A stretch of 57,533 bases of DNA from Catajapyx aquilonaris (taxonomy: Eukaryota). Location of the stretch: NCBI GenBank assembly GCA_000934665.2, contig KZ538641.1:1-57533 (forward strand). The letters are read 5' to 3'. Positions 27,263 to 38,896 of the stretch are shown in pieces. The translations under genes were made by a program, and so were the position numbers. Within the stretch, counting starts at the first letter, position 1. Every line of letters starts with the position of its first letter. Under the pieces are notes generated by a model. The model was not told the DNA's origin, ran no database searches, and saw only the letters and a list, made by a program, of their open reading frames with translations.

Positions 27263-28286
27263 CGGACATCAATGGCGCCGACCGAAGTTTGCGCCTCTTA
27301 TGTAGTATGAGTGCGCAAACAGGATTTTGAAAACTGGGCAAAACGTTTTTTTGACAGTAACTTACATGCCAATTATTGAATATTTCACACATTAATGACA
27401 CATTTGCATAGCGGTACACGACGGCATAATTTGAAAAAAACAAACTATACAGGGTGAGTCACAACTGCAGCAGCCCTATGCGAGAACGTGCCATGTCCCC
27501 AATGTTTTGACCACACCACGTGTAACCCAGCCTATAGGCCTATTCACATGTATTTTTTGGGGGTCCTGTCCCTGATGTTGTCGGCGCCGCTAAGCCCCTT
27601 TCAACACCAACATTCTGCTCAAATGGGCCGCAAGGAAAAGGAGTGAAAACAAACCCTGCCGGCGGAGATAGACCTGTCAAAAGGTGTTCACATGGTGGTT
27701 GATTAGGGTAAAAAGGCGGGGGTGTCGGTGTGAACAGCGGGGCCAGTCATGCCCTCTAATAGGCCCGGGATTCGAGTCTTCCGAACGCAACAATGGGGCG
27801 GGGGCGTACCCTGGGCATTGTTGCCATCGCTCATTATGGCGAGGTTGTCAGATCCGTCACATCCGTCCGGCTCCTCCTACCCACTCAGAACAAAGGGATT
27901 GGCCGGATGCTGCTGCATCACCTTCTATAACTACTGGGAAACAATGACCATTTCTCTTCGTCCTTTTTCTTCCACCTTTTCGGCCTGTTTATTTGACGCG
28001 AGCGAATAACAAACGTATGTTTCCAACCCCCCCTCGACTTGAAATGGTAATGATCTCGTTAGGACACACCACTAACAGATGGCTCCTGGACTAGGAAGGG
28101 ACACCCTGATTATTAACCCTTTTTCATCTTGCCCCTTCATTAATTCCACCAGGATTTTGCCCCCTTTGCAAATTGCCCCCAAAACATCATGTGTCACATT
28201 TACCCACAACACATATGTGCGACTCTTAGATATGTTTTACATTAAAAAATTGATGCGTATGCACACCCCCTTTTCTATAAGGCACT

Positions 28287-28818
28287 TCCGTCATGTCGTG
28301 CCGCTATAGAATTAGGGGGAAACAGCCTGCGCCATCTACTGAGTTGGTGAGGAAATCAGCTGATTCCTTCGGGAATTCTATACAGCGTATAGAATTGACT
28401 TCGAAAATTTTACAGGAAATTCAGTTTACGCTGTAGAATTTTCGAAGAAATTTTAAGGAAATTCTACGCTGTATTTAGTATAGAAATCAGCTGCTTCCTT
28501 CGAAAAATTTGCAGCGTCGAATTTCCTGGAGAATTTCCGAAGAAATTTTCAAAGAATTTGTCCTTTCCTTTGAAAATTCTCCAGGAAATTCTACGCTATA
28601 AATTTCGAAGGAAGCAGCTGATTTCCTTACTAACTACAGTGTAGCCGAATTTCCTGTAAAAAAATTCTACAGCGTAAACTGAATTTCCTTTAAAATTTTC
28701 GAAGTAAATTTTACGCTACAGGTATAGAATTTCCGAAGATATCAGCTGATTTCTTTACCAACTCAGTAGATGGCGCAGGCTGTTCCTTCCGAACTCTACA
28801 GCGGCACGACATGACGGA
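28287..28818. mobile_element. Almost wholly palindromic MITE of about 530 bp with internal gaaattc/ttcgaa subrepeats
   Basis: tccgtcatgtcgtgccgct...acagcctgcgccatctactgagttggt...gaaatcagctgat is mirrored at the right end, and symmetry continues inward to about 28550. Confidence 0.85.
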
Positions 28819-29782
28819 TGCGTTTTAATATACATATAGGCTCGCCAGCTCGAATCGACAGAATGATCTACACAAGGCGACGACATCCAACGCCGAAAAA
28901 TAAATAAGACCTGAAATTTCCCAAGGGTATGCATCTCCTTACGTTCCACAAAATGTGCAAACTGATCCTATCTAGTCAATGCCTCGTTAGGTTACCCCTC
29001 TAATCCTCCCAACTTGGCCCTTTTGGAGCCCTGTTTGTTTCCCCTACAGACGATGAGGTTGGGGGGGCAACCATCCAAGCCCAGCAGATCACCCAAAGCA
29101 AAACATGACTCGCACCCAGATTTTAATTGGGATCATCGTCTCTTTTAAGGACCAATTTTGGTCCTCATCCCTATTTACGTTATAAAAAATGGATGTCACA
29201 AGACCTGGAATATTATTATAACTGGCTCCCCCCTTTACATCCCCCCAAAAAATGGGGGACCCTGTTATCGGGAGCCAACATGACACCTCCATAGCCAATA
29301 CCTTTGATTCATGTGAGTACGTGACAAGCAGAGAGAAAATTCTGCCAAACAGTCTCGCATTTCTGGTTACGATCGCTGTTGAGAGAGATTTTGGGGACTG
29401 GTAACGTCCCTGGGTATCTTGTAACCTAATTATTACGCCTCGTTAATGCAGACCTCGTAAAGTGACCGTGTTAAAAGAGACACTTTGCGCATGGACCTAG
29501 TCCAAGCGTTGGCAAAATCGTGGCGTCGAGTTGGCGCCTATTAACTGTCCCCCTTCATGCGCGTAGACGAGAGCGGTGGAGCGCGTAAAAATCGCGCGTG
29601 GGAAGGGAGAATCAAATGTATGAAAGACGTTATGTCCAACGGTTAGAATTATTATTAATCACGAAATACCGACATATAAATGACACAGAAATCAGACAAA
29701 TTACGTAAATACTTAAAATAAATACTTAAAATGCGACTGATATGCACAATTTAACGTACTGGTTCCTCCTTCCAGCCGCCAG

Positions 29783-29878
29783 CCACCAGAGGCGCTGCCT
29801 CCCCCCCCCCCATTGCGCATGAGCGAGAGGGACCAATCGGAAGCCTCGGTCATACAACGAATTATTTTGATATTATAT
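29783..29878 (-). mobile_element. Helitron family H1 fragment
   Basis: ccaccagaggcgctgcct...ccccattgcgca...ccaatcggaa...tattata is shared with 33888-34034 and, as reverse complement, with 41719-41830. Confidence 0.55.
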
Positions 29879-29895
29879 ACTGTATTATAAACTAA

Positions 29896-30081
29896 CCAGC
29901 AGGATACCCGTTCTTCTCACGGGAATTGATGAATAATTCTTCAATTCCCGTGCGAAGAACGGGTAATTAATATTAAGTCTGCAATTGTTGAAGAATTAAT
30001 ATTAATTAATGGATACGCAACCCCGTTGCTATGGCAGAATAGGACATACCGACAAACTTTGCCTTATAATTATGTAAAAGA
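29896..30081 (-). mobile_element. Short non-autonomous Helitron, family H2
   Basis: On the minus strand: A|TCttttacataattataaggcaaagtttgtc at the 5' end (similar to 41999), hairpin cccgtgagaagaacggg, and 3' CTGG|T. Confidence 0.6.
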
Positions 30082-30364
30082 TTATAAATCATTTCCATGT
30101 GGAAGGTTCCCTATATGGAAGGGGACAACACCGGCACCTAAAATTTTAATCATATTTTAAAATTTAGCTTGCACTGGTTAGAGGGGTAACTCCTGCGGCA
30201 ATCGCGGCTAGATGCCCCCATAGAAATAGTTTGCAAGGGGGGTGTGGACAAGCAGCAGCCAATTTGCAAGCGGAACCCGATGCCCTGCAAGGCCCTTGGA
30301 GGCCCGCAAAAGGCGACACTTGGAGACTGTGGCTCTCATAACGAGGTACACTGCCCCCCCCCCC

Positions 30365-30391
30365 NNNNNNNNNNNNNNNNNNNNNNNNNNN
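30365..30391. other. Assembly gap/ambiguity (27 N) inside a poly-C run
   Basis: Run of n. Single n also at 8149, 23930 and 33992, all in or beside homopolymers. Confidence 0.99.
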
Positions 30392-31488
30392 NCCCCCCCC
30401 CCCTCAAGGGCCTCAAATTAGCCGCCGCAAACGGTTACAATACAACATCATATTAGCCTAATTGCAATCCTATAGGTCCCTACGGACATACGCCTGGAAA
30501 TAAAACCACATATCCACATACGAGTAGGTTCATATAAATGCTAGTGTGGACAGCAGGCACATGGACTGTTGTAATGGTCATGTTGGGACAGGTGTTTCCC
30601 ACGGGCGGCGCGACCTTTGGGGAGTCGACGGGGGGCAGATGGGGTCATCAGGAGAGGGCCGAAGGGGGGCCCTCCCCTGGCCCGCCCCCTCTCGCGTCCC
30701 GGGGTGACCCACACTACTAATCGGTTTAAGGGGGGAACTAGTCTATGGCCTGCTAACGGGTCTATTGTCCCCACAAAACTTGCATATACACATCGTTTTT
30801 GGTCTTCATCAGCTTTGCACCTACAGGGGGTCAAGGGGTTTAGAGCAAACTTTGTGGGGAATAATGTTAAGCTTAGTTCACACTGATACTTTTATGTATG
30901 TCTAAATATTCATTTCAAAGGGCCAAAGATCAAAAAACCAGGCCCAACATACATTCCTGGCAAATGCCAAGTGTGTGCCCCGTTTCATCATGCATGCAAG
31001 TGCCTTATTGCATGTTTGCGTCACAATCTCCTGGCCAGTGATGAAATTGACCTAATTGGTGCTAGTAATAAGTATGGAATTATAATGTGCTCCCCGGCTG
31101 CTGGGGCTGGCATCATTGGCAAAAAGAAAAAGAAAAATGGCAGCCACATATGATGATGCTTGGGGGACACGTGGGGCGACCCCAGAGGCGGCTTAACCCT
31201 GACCTATGACGTGGGTCGGATCTAAATCGAAATGAAGCCCCGTCGTGTTGTGAGGTAGAGAGTCTTGGGCCTTTCGTCCTTCGCTCCTCATCTGCAAAGA
31301 ACGCGTGAGGCAGTTGCTGGCGCAAGTGCCACTGATTGGTTGCTCAACGACTTTGTGGACCAAATCTAGACTGATGCTCACCACTCTTGAATAAGTTTCT
31401 TTATTTGCAATGATTCAGATTTCGCAACTACTTCCTGGAATGCTGTGCGATGACAAAATATTAATATCGAAAATATTTTCAGATATAT

Positions 31489-31706
31489 CGAGAATCGTAC
31501 TAATTATCGAGAATCCGTACGATTAATCGAGAATCGTACTAATTATCGAGAATCCGTACGATTAATCGAGAATCGTGCGATTAATCGAGAATCGTGCGAT
31601 TAATCGAGAATCGTACGATTAATCGAGAATCGTACGATTAATCGAGAATCGTGCGATTAATCGAGATTCGTACGATTAATCGAGAATCGTACGATTAATC
31701 GAGAAT
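31489..31706. repeat. Tandem array of a 19-bp unit CGAGAATCGTACGATTAAT, 11 copies plus a partial
   Basis: Counted directly; the first four units form a 39-bp dimer repeated twice. Confidence 0.95.
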
Positions 31707-32349
31707 TACCAATTATTCCCTATACTAACTGCAATGTTCTCCCTGTGCAACGTCTTCCAGTCAGTTCCCTTCCCTTCTGGGGAATGGGGATCAGCCATAA
31801 GCCGCTGTTTATTCATATTTATTTCTGTTTCTCTCCCCCATAATATTTAGTAGCCCCATGTTTGTGGTCAAAACACACGGCTGCATTGTGCCGCAAACCC
31901 ACTAATATTGACGCTCTCCTTGACATCCTGATGACCAGCCGGAGGGTAGTGAATGGAGCCGATTATTGTCGCGCAAAAAAATATTTTGAAAATTGGCCGG
32001 CTGGGTTTGTGGAAATAAATAAGGAGCAGAGGGGCCGGCTGCTATTGGTGAGGGACTCCCAGTGAGAGAGAAACGTTATTGTTTCCTTTCAGCAGGCATC
32101 GCCATCGTCAGTCGTGGGGACTATGAAAATATTTACCGGAATACCTTCTTGCCTCCCCCCCCCCCCTCTTGGAAAACGGACGGCAAGGGGGGCACAAAGG
32201 GACCCAAAATAAAGGGGTCCAAAAGAGCCCGTATTGTTGATGGCGGAACGGAACAGAATGAAGCCATCAGGCGCTGGGGTACACTCCGGTCCAAAAATAT
32301 CAGGCCAGATATCTCAATTAACATTTGACCGGTCATGGGAAATCCATAT

Positions 32350-32570
32350 CAAATATCGAGACATCGTACGATTAATCGACAAATGTCGAGAAGCTTATAA
32401 ATAATAGCGAATTAGCGATTATATGATTTATTCAGAATTAATGAGAATGGCACGATTGATCGAGAAATAATAGAGAAGCGTACAAATAATAGAAAATTAT
32501 CGAGTTAGTTATTGTATGATTTATCGAGAATTAATGAGAATTGTACGATTTATCGAGAAATATCGAGAAG
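32350..32570. repeat. Degenerate array of the same 19-bp motif
   Basis: atcgagacatcgtacgattaatcgac, cacgattgatcgagaa, gtacgatttatcgagaaatatcgagaa. Confidence 0.75.
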
Positions 32571-33887
32571 GGAACGGTACAGACAATTATTGCGGGTCCA
32601 CAAAACATTTATTTACAGCTGTAATTGCTGCAAAAACTGGCCTAACAGTTAGAAAGTAATCGTTAGAATTATTATTTTTAAATAAATTAACAACAAATAA
32701 ATTTTTTACGTACGGTACACTTGCAATCAAAATTTGGAGTCGAAATGGCATTTTACAGTACATAAAGATCATTTCAAACACCTCTTATGTGAGTACCGGG
32801 TTCGATTCTCGTCCTGGACAGTTTGCGCCTGAGTGTACAATGTGAAAATGATACCTCAAGAGCTGTTGCCCCAACAGATGCCTTTTGCGGTGGCTGCAAA
32901 AACCGCGAGTTGGTGCCCCGGAACCTTTTCAGATTCAAAAAGCACAGGGCACCATCTGCTCAGGAGCCGCTCATCCGACACGGCGCCATTAATTATTTTC
33001 GCGTCGTTAAGCGCTTTCGCACCCTAGCTTTTTTTTGTGCGAACAATTTTTCTATAGAGCGGGTAAGGGGACGGGCTACCATGGAAAATATCGCGTGAAC
33101 CCGACATAAGTTGTTACATGTCACGACACGGTCACTGCTTCTGTTACAATTCAATCGGGACCATAAATGGGTCCGGTTTCACCAACAGTACTGCTGGTAG
33201 AACCGGCTCTTATTTCATGGGAAGGCAACTTATCTAATCAGCCAATCGGTTAGCATATAAGATAAATATCGATGTATCCGATGGAATTTTGAGCCCATGA
33301 AATTCTAGAGGCGTTAAACGGGACTTAAGCCGAAAAGCTTCTTCCCTTACTATACAAAAATGGCTTTTCCTTTTCCTCTACCCAGCAGTCCCCCCCTTTC
33401 TCTTTGATCCACTAAATCTCCCTAACACCTTCCCACGCTCCAGTGGATACGCAATCGGCCGAGAGAACGAGCGAAGACCCTTCTGGGATTCGGTTGACTT
33501 CTTACGGCCGCGGAGGGGTCCAGAGGGAAGGAAGGGTCACAGGTCAAATGAGGGGTGTTGAGAAGAAGGTTGGGCTGTCCCACACACACAAACATCCGAG
33601 AAACCCACCCGATTGTTGTTAACCATTTTGGAATCAGATGCATGCACAGGGTGTTTCATTCATTCAGGTAAGTTTGTGTCCGTAGAATAGTTCAGCAGCC
33701 CTCTAATAATAGCCTTATTTTTTCGCCTCTGGAACGCTCCGCGGGCCCCTGGTGAGTGCTGCAACCTTCTCATCACGGCACTAAAATCATCAGGCCGGGG
33801 GTAGGGGGCAGGCAGACGGGTGCGCTAGTTAATCAAAGAGTTGCTGTTGAATCAGTGAATGAGTAAACTGATTTTATATTAGTTTTA

Positions 33888-34034
33888 CTAGTTTCATCCA
33901 CCAGAGGCGCTGCCTTCCCCATTGCGCAGGCGCAGAACGGGGGCCAATAGCGTCGCGCAAACAATACGGCGGGCCAATCGGAATGGCGGGGNGGGGGGTT
34001 ATGTATATACAACAGTAAGGATTTTAAAATTATA
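33888..34034 (-). mobile_element. Helitron family H1 copy, possibly nested in a mariner-like relic (cagggtgtt at 33647 / aacaccctgta at about 34085)
   Basis: Minus-strand 5' tataattttaaaatcctt matches 41721 tataatattaaaatcctt; ends in CTAG|T at 33888. Confidence 0.6.
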
Positions 34035-35486
34035 ACTTAATTAATAACCGACACCTCCACATGTGGGTTTCCTAATCATTGTGGAACACCCTGTATACTA
34101 CCCGACCCTCCTAAAAAAATTCGAGGCGTCGGAGGTCACCGTCCGGGCGACAGGAGCCGCCATATTTTTTATACATATATCTTCGTCTTCTTCCACGGCT
34201 CACGGGAAGAATTAGCGTTCAACGTCTCAATCGGGGCCGCCTTTTGTGGAGCCGAAAAGGAGAAAAGTCCGGTTTGGGGAGGTCGTTTGGCAGCAGGGGG
34301 AAAGTGGAGGTGGAGGTGGTGGTCAGGTATGTATATGCTCTTTTACACGAAGGTAAAAATGGCGGCCAAAGGAGGCGAGAGTAATTGGGACGCAAAAGGA
34401 AGGCAGCGCCATCTCAGGGCCTCGTGTGGACAACAAAGGCTGTTGGGGGGGAAACGGAAGGAGTTATCCTTTGGTTGGATGTGGAGACACGCGGTTCACT
34501 TCCTCTTGGTCAAAGGAGGCCGGTATGGGGGACACCCCCGAAAAAGGAGGATAACATCGCTCTCACCTGAATGGGCCACAAGCGGTGTAGAAATCATGAT
34601 TTATTTTGTATTTTGCGAGACAATACCAGCATCTGCTGTTGGCATGATATCAAGCCTTCAACTATACAGCGTTGGAGCCAACAATTCTGCATTTTAAAAT
34701 ATAATATATATATTTTTAAATAATTATGAAGTGTCTTTTTCACTCGATTTTATTTGCAGAGTTGATAAAATATTGTGCAATCTACGCCCTTCAATGAAAA
34801 TATGTCAGCAATTTTAATCCGCCTGACTGGACACTCATTTTTGATCCAAACACAAGGTGAGTCCCAGCTCAAGAACCGGTTCACACACATCACACACATG
34901 TGACACCTGCACCCGGTAGCAAGTTTTCCCATCCCACATTTCTCCAAATTTTTTTACTAACTATATCAAAGAGTCCAGTGTGGGTTGTCACAGGCCACCA
35001 AAGTTGCCAGAAATGTCCTATAGTCTCCAACCTGGAGGATCGCTTCCTGTGGTGTGCAAACAGGCCTTTATCAGGTTTCCTCCACCTCTACCCCTCCCTG
35101 CTCTAGGTGTCCATCAACGGAAAAGAGTTTGATCGAGCGACCCCAAGATGGGCCCTGTGGGGGGGCCTGCCTCACCTACACCCGGAGTTGCCTAATTGCA
35201 CCTACTCCCTGAATATTTTTTTTCTCTCTTTTAGAAAAGGAGGGGGGGGGGGGGCTACCTACCTTCATCGCTTGATGGTTATCACTCCGGAGGGCCTCCT
35301 GGGCTTTAAGTGGATGTTTAAAAATGGTCCCAATTTCCTTTCTCCATGCGGGACAGCGCTAATTGCAGCCGACCCCTTACACGGAACTGGCCGATATCGC
35401 GTTAAAAAAAAGAGGTTGTAATATGACACCACTCAACGCTGGAGGTTGCCACTTCTTCATAGAATTCAGAGAGGTTGTCTAACTTT

Positions 35487-36012
35487 AGACACGGCGATCC
35501 GATTGAATTGCGTCTAAAGTCAGCACACATGTTGGAACACTCTTCTTTGGTGCCAATTTACGGTTGCACCACGTCCAAATATAGCATTTTTCTGCTGGAA
35601 AGGAGCCAGAAAAGTTTGTTATTAAGCTTTGACAATAATTAAAAACAAAACTGGGAAAATAAAGCACCTTGCGGCCTTTATACCTTTATAGACAGGGTGA
35701 TCCGATTTAAATTGTGCGCTAAAGTCAGCATACAATAATATGTTGGAACATTCTCTGATGCTAATTTAAGTCCGGTTGCACCATCTCCAGGAAACATTTT
35801 TCGACTGGAAAAGGACCAGAAAAGTTTGTTAGTATAGTCTTTGTCAAAAATGAAAAACAAAAATTGGGAAAAGGCTTTACCTTACAGACAGGGTGATCCG
35901 AATGTGTTGGAATATTGATGCCAATATAGGCCGGTTGCACCATCTAGAAACATTATTCGGCTGGAAAAGAACCAGAAAAGTTCATTATTAATATTTAACA
36001 ACAATGAAAACC
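35487..36012. repeat. Diverged tandem triplication, unit up to about 200 bp
   Basis: agaca.gg.gatccga ... tgttggaa ... cggttgcacca ... ctggaaa...ccagaaaagtt occurs at about 35487, 35690 and 35886; the third copy is shorter. Confidence 0.8.
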
Positions 36013-36948
36013 ACATTTCCCCTCAATATTGGGGGGAAATAATGCGGCCATTTTTCCACCCCATGAATCCAACGCCATCTCACGTCAACTCCCAACAGTT
36101 ATCAAAAAAATCTACGCCCTTAATATTTTTTTTTCTTCTTCAAATGTTGATCCCTGGATTGAACGTTTCCTTGTTCCTCCTTGGAGATGCGTCGGCACAT
36201 CTGAAGCAAGAACACCCCCCAAGGCTCGACCCCCATTTGTCTTCATTTGCACTACCATTCGTTGGTACGGACGGTGAGAAATGACCACCATCTTTGTGGG
36301 GCTCTCACTCGATTTCCATGGGTCACACATGCCCACACGTGACAGGCCCTCGACGCCCGTCCATTATTCCCCTGTTCCCAACCGCACATGACTGATCCTC
36401 TCCATCCGATTTGTCACGAGCCACCGACAATTAGGAGACAATAGTTTCTCCCCCACAAACTATAGTTTGCATGGGGAGGACAACAAACATTTGACACACC
36501 GTCTTAAAATTTGTGCCAAATATTCTATTGTTGAGTGGGTTTCATAAGCTCAAATTGGAAGAGACGCTGAATAGGGTGAGTGCCAAGTTAACTGACGGCC
36601 AGTACGATAAGGGCTCAAATAGGGGAGGGGAAAATAGCGTGTGGTTCAATAAAAAGGTCTAATTCGTGTAAGGATTGGTATCTGATTTTAGCACCCTCCC
36701 CAAGCCAGATTTAATTATATTTGCACGCTACGGGGATCACAAGAGTGTCGGACACGGCCGGGGTCAGACTGACGGGGGGGGGGACCGACTAGGCCTATTA
36801 TGCCGGGGAAGCTGGATTTATGGGGGCAGCTTTGGCAATTTAGGGGTTGCTTGCAAAGGCCACAAAGGGGTGCAGGTGATGATGCGATAACCAACAGTCG
36901 AAAATGCATACACAAGGTTGTGCATGCAGGTTGTATACCCCTTGCAAA

Positions 36949-37412
36949 CACTGGTGGAAATTAATGGATATCCACAAGTATCGCCGCCTGGCGGAGCTTT
37001 TCCTTTACACGAAGCTGCTTCATGTATGTGCAGACCTATACGCATACGTATACATCACTTCGTATAGCTATGCATATCGTTTCATGTATACGTACATGTG
37101 TACTTCATGTATGCGTACATGTGTACTTCATGTAATATACGTACATGTGTACTTCATGTATACGTACATGTGTACTTCATTACACGTATACGCATATGTG
37201 TACTTCATTACACGTATACGCATATGTATACTTCAGGTAATATATGCGTATACAAAAGTACACATGTGTATACGTACAGACGAAGTACACATATACGTAT
37301 ACGTATAGATGAAGTACACATATACGTATAAGTATACATGAAGCACCTTCATGTAAAGGAAAAGCTCAGCCAAGCGGCGATACTTGTAGATATCCATTAA
37401 TTTCCATCACTG
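36949..37412. mobile_element. TIR element (hAT-like CAGTG end, about 75-bp TIRs) filled with a TACGTACATGTG-type minisatellite
   Basis: tggaaattaatggatatccacaagtatcgccgc...gagcttttcctttaca.gaag.tgcttcatgtat is mirrored at about 37334-37412. No 8-bp TSD found, so the superfamily is tentative. Confidence 0.8.
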
Positions 37413-37529
37413 GACACTATTCAGTCGCGGAAAGGAGTCAGGTATAGCCAGACCTGAAGATCTTACTCTCACCATGACTTGTGAGGCTGAGAGATCACCT
37501 CTTTTTGAAGCTAATTTGAGCTTCTGTCT

Positions 37530-37601
37530 AGCAGCTTTTTTTAACGCAAAATCGAGCTGCGACAGCTGTCACAGCTCGATTTTGCGTTAAAAAAAGCTGC
37601 T
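37530..37601. repeat. 72-bp spacerless palindrome with 1 mismatch
   Basis: agcagctttttttaacgcaaaatcgagctgcgacag | ctgtcacagctcgattttgcgttaaaaaaagctgct. Confidence 0.95.
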
Positions 37602-38372
37602 CCGGGAACATACAATTTTTCCGCGACTCCTGTACGCACAATATAAGCTCCAGACCAAAATGAAATCCTGAACCACACCCTATCAACATCCTCCGGCATA
37701 ACGTACCCCTCCTTTGAAAAGTCAGTTCCCCGAACCGATTGTCTTGTAGAAGAGCCCTTGCGCCCTATTCGAAAGGTCAGCACTCATGTCGGCAGGCCCC
37801 TCTATTCATCTGTGTGGCGATGAAGAGTGGAAGCCAACATCCCCCAAGCTCCGTGAGACAAAATAAAACGTCGAGTACATGCTGGATGGATGGAGCTCCC
37901 AAACAAAGTTTCCTCGTGGCCCCCAGAATAGGTCCATAATGAGGCCTTTGTTGTGGCCCACGAGGTGCAAGCGAGCAGAGTGGCCAGCTGCAGAGAGAGA
38001 GACTTGGATGCGCGAATCGGCCCAGCACGTCACTTGCAATGGATGGCGGAAGAAACCCGAGTGGCAAAGGGAAACCCGACGTCGTCGTGCATTGGGGGAC
38101 AGACCCAGGACAATGGTCTTCCTTCCCTAGACACCGAACCCGCCGACCCGCGCGGTTGGGTTGCGGGTAAATATTTAGGCCGGATTACCCACCCCGATCC
38201 GCTTTCCGGACCAACGCCTTTTGTGTCCAGCTTGGGGTTGTGACGTCCGTATTCTCACGCCTGCTGATGCTGGACCATGTGTATAAATATGTACAGTACC
38301 AGTAAATATGTTCAGGTCTTCAAATGATCCCTCAAGATGATGCATATGTTAGCTACGTATGTACAGTGCTCT

Positions 38373-38576
38373 TCATGCTGCTAGAGACATTTCCCGATGC
38401 GGCAGACGTGCAAATCGAAGTGATAGAGTGCAAGCCGTGCGAGTAAGAAATGGTAGGCCTTGAGTGAGGGGCCCCCAGCTGGTGACGTCACTCAAGGCCT
38501 ACCTCTTCTTACTCTCACGGCCCAATCACTTCGATTTGCACGTCTACCGCTTCGGGAAATGTCGCTAGCAGTATGA
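38373..38576. mobile_element. Hairpin MITE with about 90-bp arms
   Basis: tgctag.gacatttcccga.gcgg.agacgtgcaaatcgaagtgat...ggtaggccttgagtga is mirrored by tcactcaaggcctacc...atcacttcgatttgcacgtct.ccgc.tcgggaaatgtc.ctagca. Confidence 0.8.
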
Positions 38577-38639
38577 CGCGATTAATGTCCAACACTGCAC
38601 TGGCCTGGAGGCGGTATTTGACATCCAAGTCGGTACATG

Positions 38640-38896
38640 AATTGAGTGGGTCAGGACAATAACGGCATATCCCAACCAAGGGTCGAATTTGAGTTATTGG
38701 TAGATGTGCATGCTAGAGACATATATGAATCTGTTCCATAAGTTTTGAGAGAGTTGAGATGGGCCATTGCGTTTCTATACCCCTGTGTATGATTCACATT
38801 CCTATAACCTGTGTATGATTCACATTCCTGTAACCTCGATTATCTCAAAATCAATTGCGATTGGGATATGCCGTTCTTGTCCTGACCCACTCAATT
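38640..38896. mobile_element. MITE with about 36-bp TIRs and an internal 26-bp tandem duplication
   Basis: aattgagtgggtcaggacaataacggcatatcccaa / ttgggatatgccgttcttgtcctgacccactcaatt; internal cctgtgtatgattcacattcct twice. Confidence 0.8.

Noticed and set aside
31489..31706. CRISPR-like array
   Set aside because: Units are contiguous with no unique spacers, there are no cas genes, and the context is eukaryotic.
32795..32812. tRNA or SINE B-box-like GGGTTCGATTC
   Set aside because: No A-box or cloverleaf could be built around it.
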